Part shown: piece by piece, positions 62,521-64,000 of the stretch
How positions within the stretch are numbered: position 1 is the stretch's first letter
How the letters are laid out: every line of letters begins with the position of its first letter
DNA from: Octopus sinensis
Taxonomy: Eukaryota
Length of the DNA: 64,000 nucleotides
NCBI RefSeq assembly: GCF_006345805.1
Contig: NC_043004.1
Location: forward strand, 558,001-622,000
Direction: 5' to 3'
Program-made: the position numbers and the translations under genes
The notes under the pieces: model-generated
What the model was told of the DNA's origin: nothing
The model's input: the letters and a program-made list of their open reading frames with translations, nothing else
The model's database searches: none

Positions 62521-64000
62521 TTGAGGTCATTGGCAGTACTCTGAGGAAATACAAAGTAGTGACAGGTACAAAAATTAAGCAAGAGTTGATCCTACAATTT
62601 GGCACTTGAGATGCAGTTCGATACTGTTCAATGGTGTTGTTGCACTGGACAAATGGACAGGTCAAGCTGCTTTGGGTTTGGTTTGATCTAGCCCTCCACA
62701 ATCAAATGGAAATTGTAGCTGTGGCTGATACCAGTGCCACCTGACTAGCTCCCATGCTGGTGGCATGCAATAAGCACCATTCATGCATCGGTCGTCGCCA
62801 ATGCCACTTGACTGGCTCCCTGTGCTGGTAGCACATCAAAAGCACCATCTGAATGTGGTCAGTGCCATCCCTCTCGCCCTAGCTGGCTCCTGTGCCAGTG
62901 GCATGTAAAAAGCACCATCTGAACGTGGCCAGTGCCAGTGCTGTCTGACTGTCTCTTGTGCTGGTGGCATGTAAAAAGCACAATCCGAACATGGTCGGTG
63001 CCAGCCTCCTCGCCCCATCTGGGTACTGTGTCAGTGGCGCGTAAAAAGCACCCACTACACTCTCAGAGTGGTTGGCATTAGGAAGGACATCCAGCTGTAG
63101 AAACATTGCCAGATCAGATTGGAGCCTGGTGTGACCTCCTGGCTTGCCAGACCCCGTTCGAACCATCCAACTCATGCCAGCATGGAAAACAGACGTTAAA
63201 CGATGATGGTGATGATGATGATGATGAATATGCTACTGAGAAATAGTAGTATGCTCAGAGAACATTGGTTGTCATGGACAAGATGACAGAAGAGGAATAT
63301 AAAGAGAGAGACCGAATGAGATGATTTGGCATGGCTGTTTTGGTGCTGAAGATTTGGCACAGCTGACTGGACAGTCAACATGTTTGGGTGACGGTAATTT
63401 TTGGTGCATGGAAATATACACAAACAGATAGAGACAGCCAAGCATTTTCTCTGTAGTAAGACAGCTATTCCTGTCCCTCTGTCATGCACCAACCTCTTGC
63501 ATGATACATGGCCACTTCTCTCACTTCCTCTCCTTCATTGAGCTGAGGGGTCCTCCTCTTGCAGACTACTTGGTGACCTTGTGGGTGCTAATGCCACATA
63601 AAAGGCACCCTGTGCTGGCAACACATAAAAGGCACCCTGTACACTGTGTAAAGTTGTTGGCATAAGGAAGGGCATCCAGACATAGAAAGCATGCCTGGTG
63701 CAGCCCTCAGGCTTGCCAGCATGGAAAACAGACATTAAATGACGATAATGATAAACAAAGTAAATGCTCATATACACAAACAGAGAGAGAGAGAGAAAGA
63801 GAGAGAGAAGGAGAGAAACATTTGAAATGTTTGACACCAAATAAATCAGTGTCAGCTCAGCAGTAGCGATTAGGTAGCACCAGAATGGCCGTGACAAAAC
63901 ACACCCATGAACAGAATGGTTGTATTGCTGACCTAGCCAAACCACGTCACCATGGTAAAAAAAATGTTACTATAATGGTGAGGATGATGATGATGATGAC

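Overview
Repeat-saturated, AT-rich animal DNA; the SINE families and microsatellites are typical of Octopus (species assignment is inference). Two spliced + strand genes can be reconstructed by hand. (1) A 10-coding-exon PARG-family gene, 9391-30462, about 1397 aa. Its catalytic macrodomain is split by an ~845-aa insertion, mostly one 2.3-kb exon, carrying about nine amphipathic helices that resemble RI-type PKA-anchoring (AKAP) helices, plus RRxS sites. It keeps the catalytic QEE but has lost several other active-site residues. (2) The 5' part of MRPS9, 44902/47848 to >61731, running off the window. Between them lie a piggyBac deletion derivative, a decayed RTE LINE and a young Mag-type Ty3/gypsy LTR element (LTRs about 99% identical, 5-bp TSD, ORF broken only by three 1-bp homopolymer indels) nested inside a non-autonomous Helitron. 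Penelope-type hammerhead ribozyme motifs of three sequence types, several long fold-back palindromes, mariner remnants and many SINEs are also present. Most short ORFs in the supplied track are repeat artefacts.
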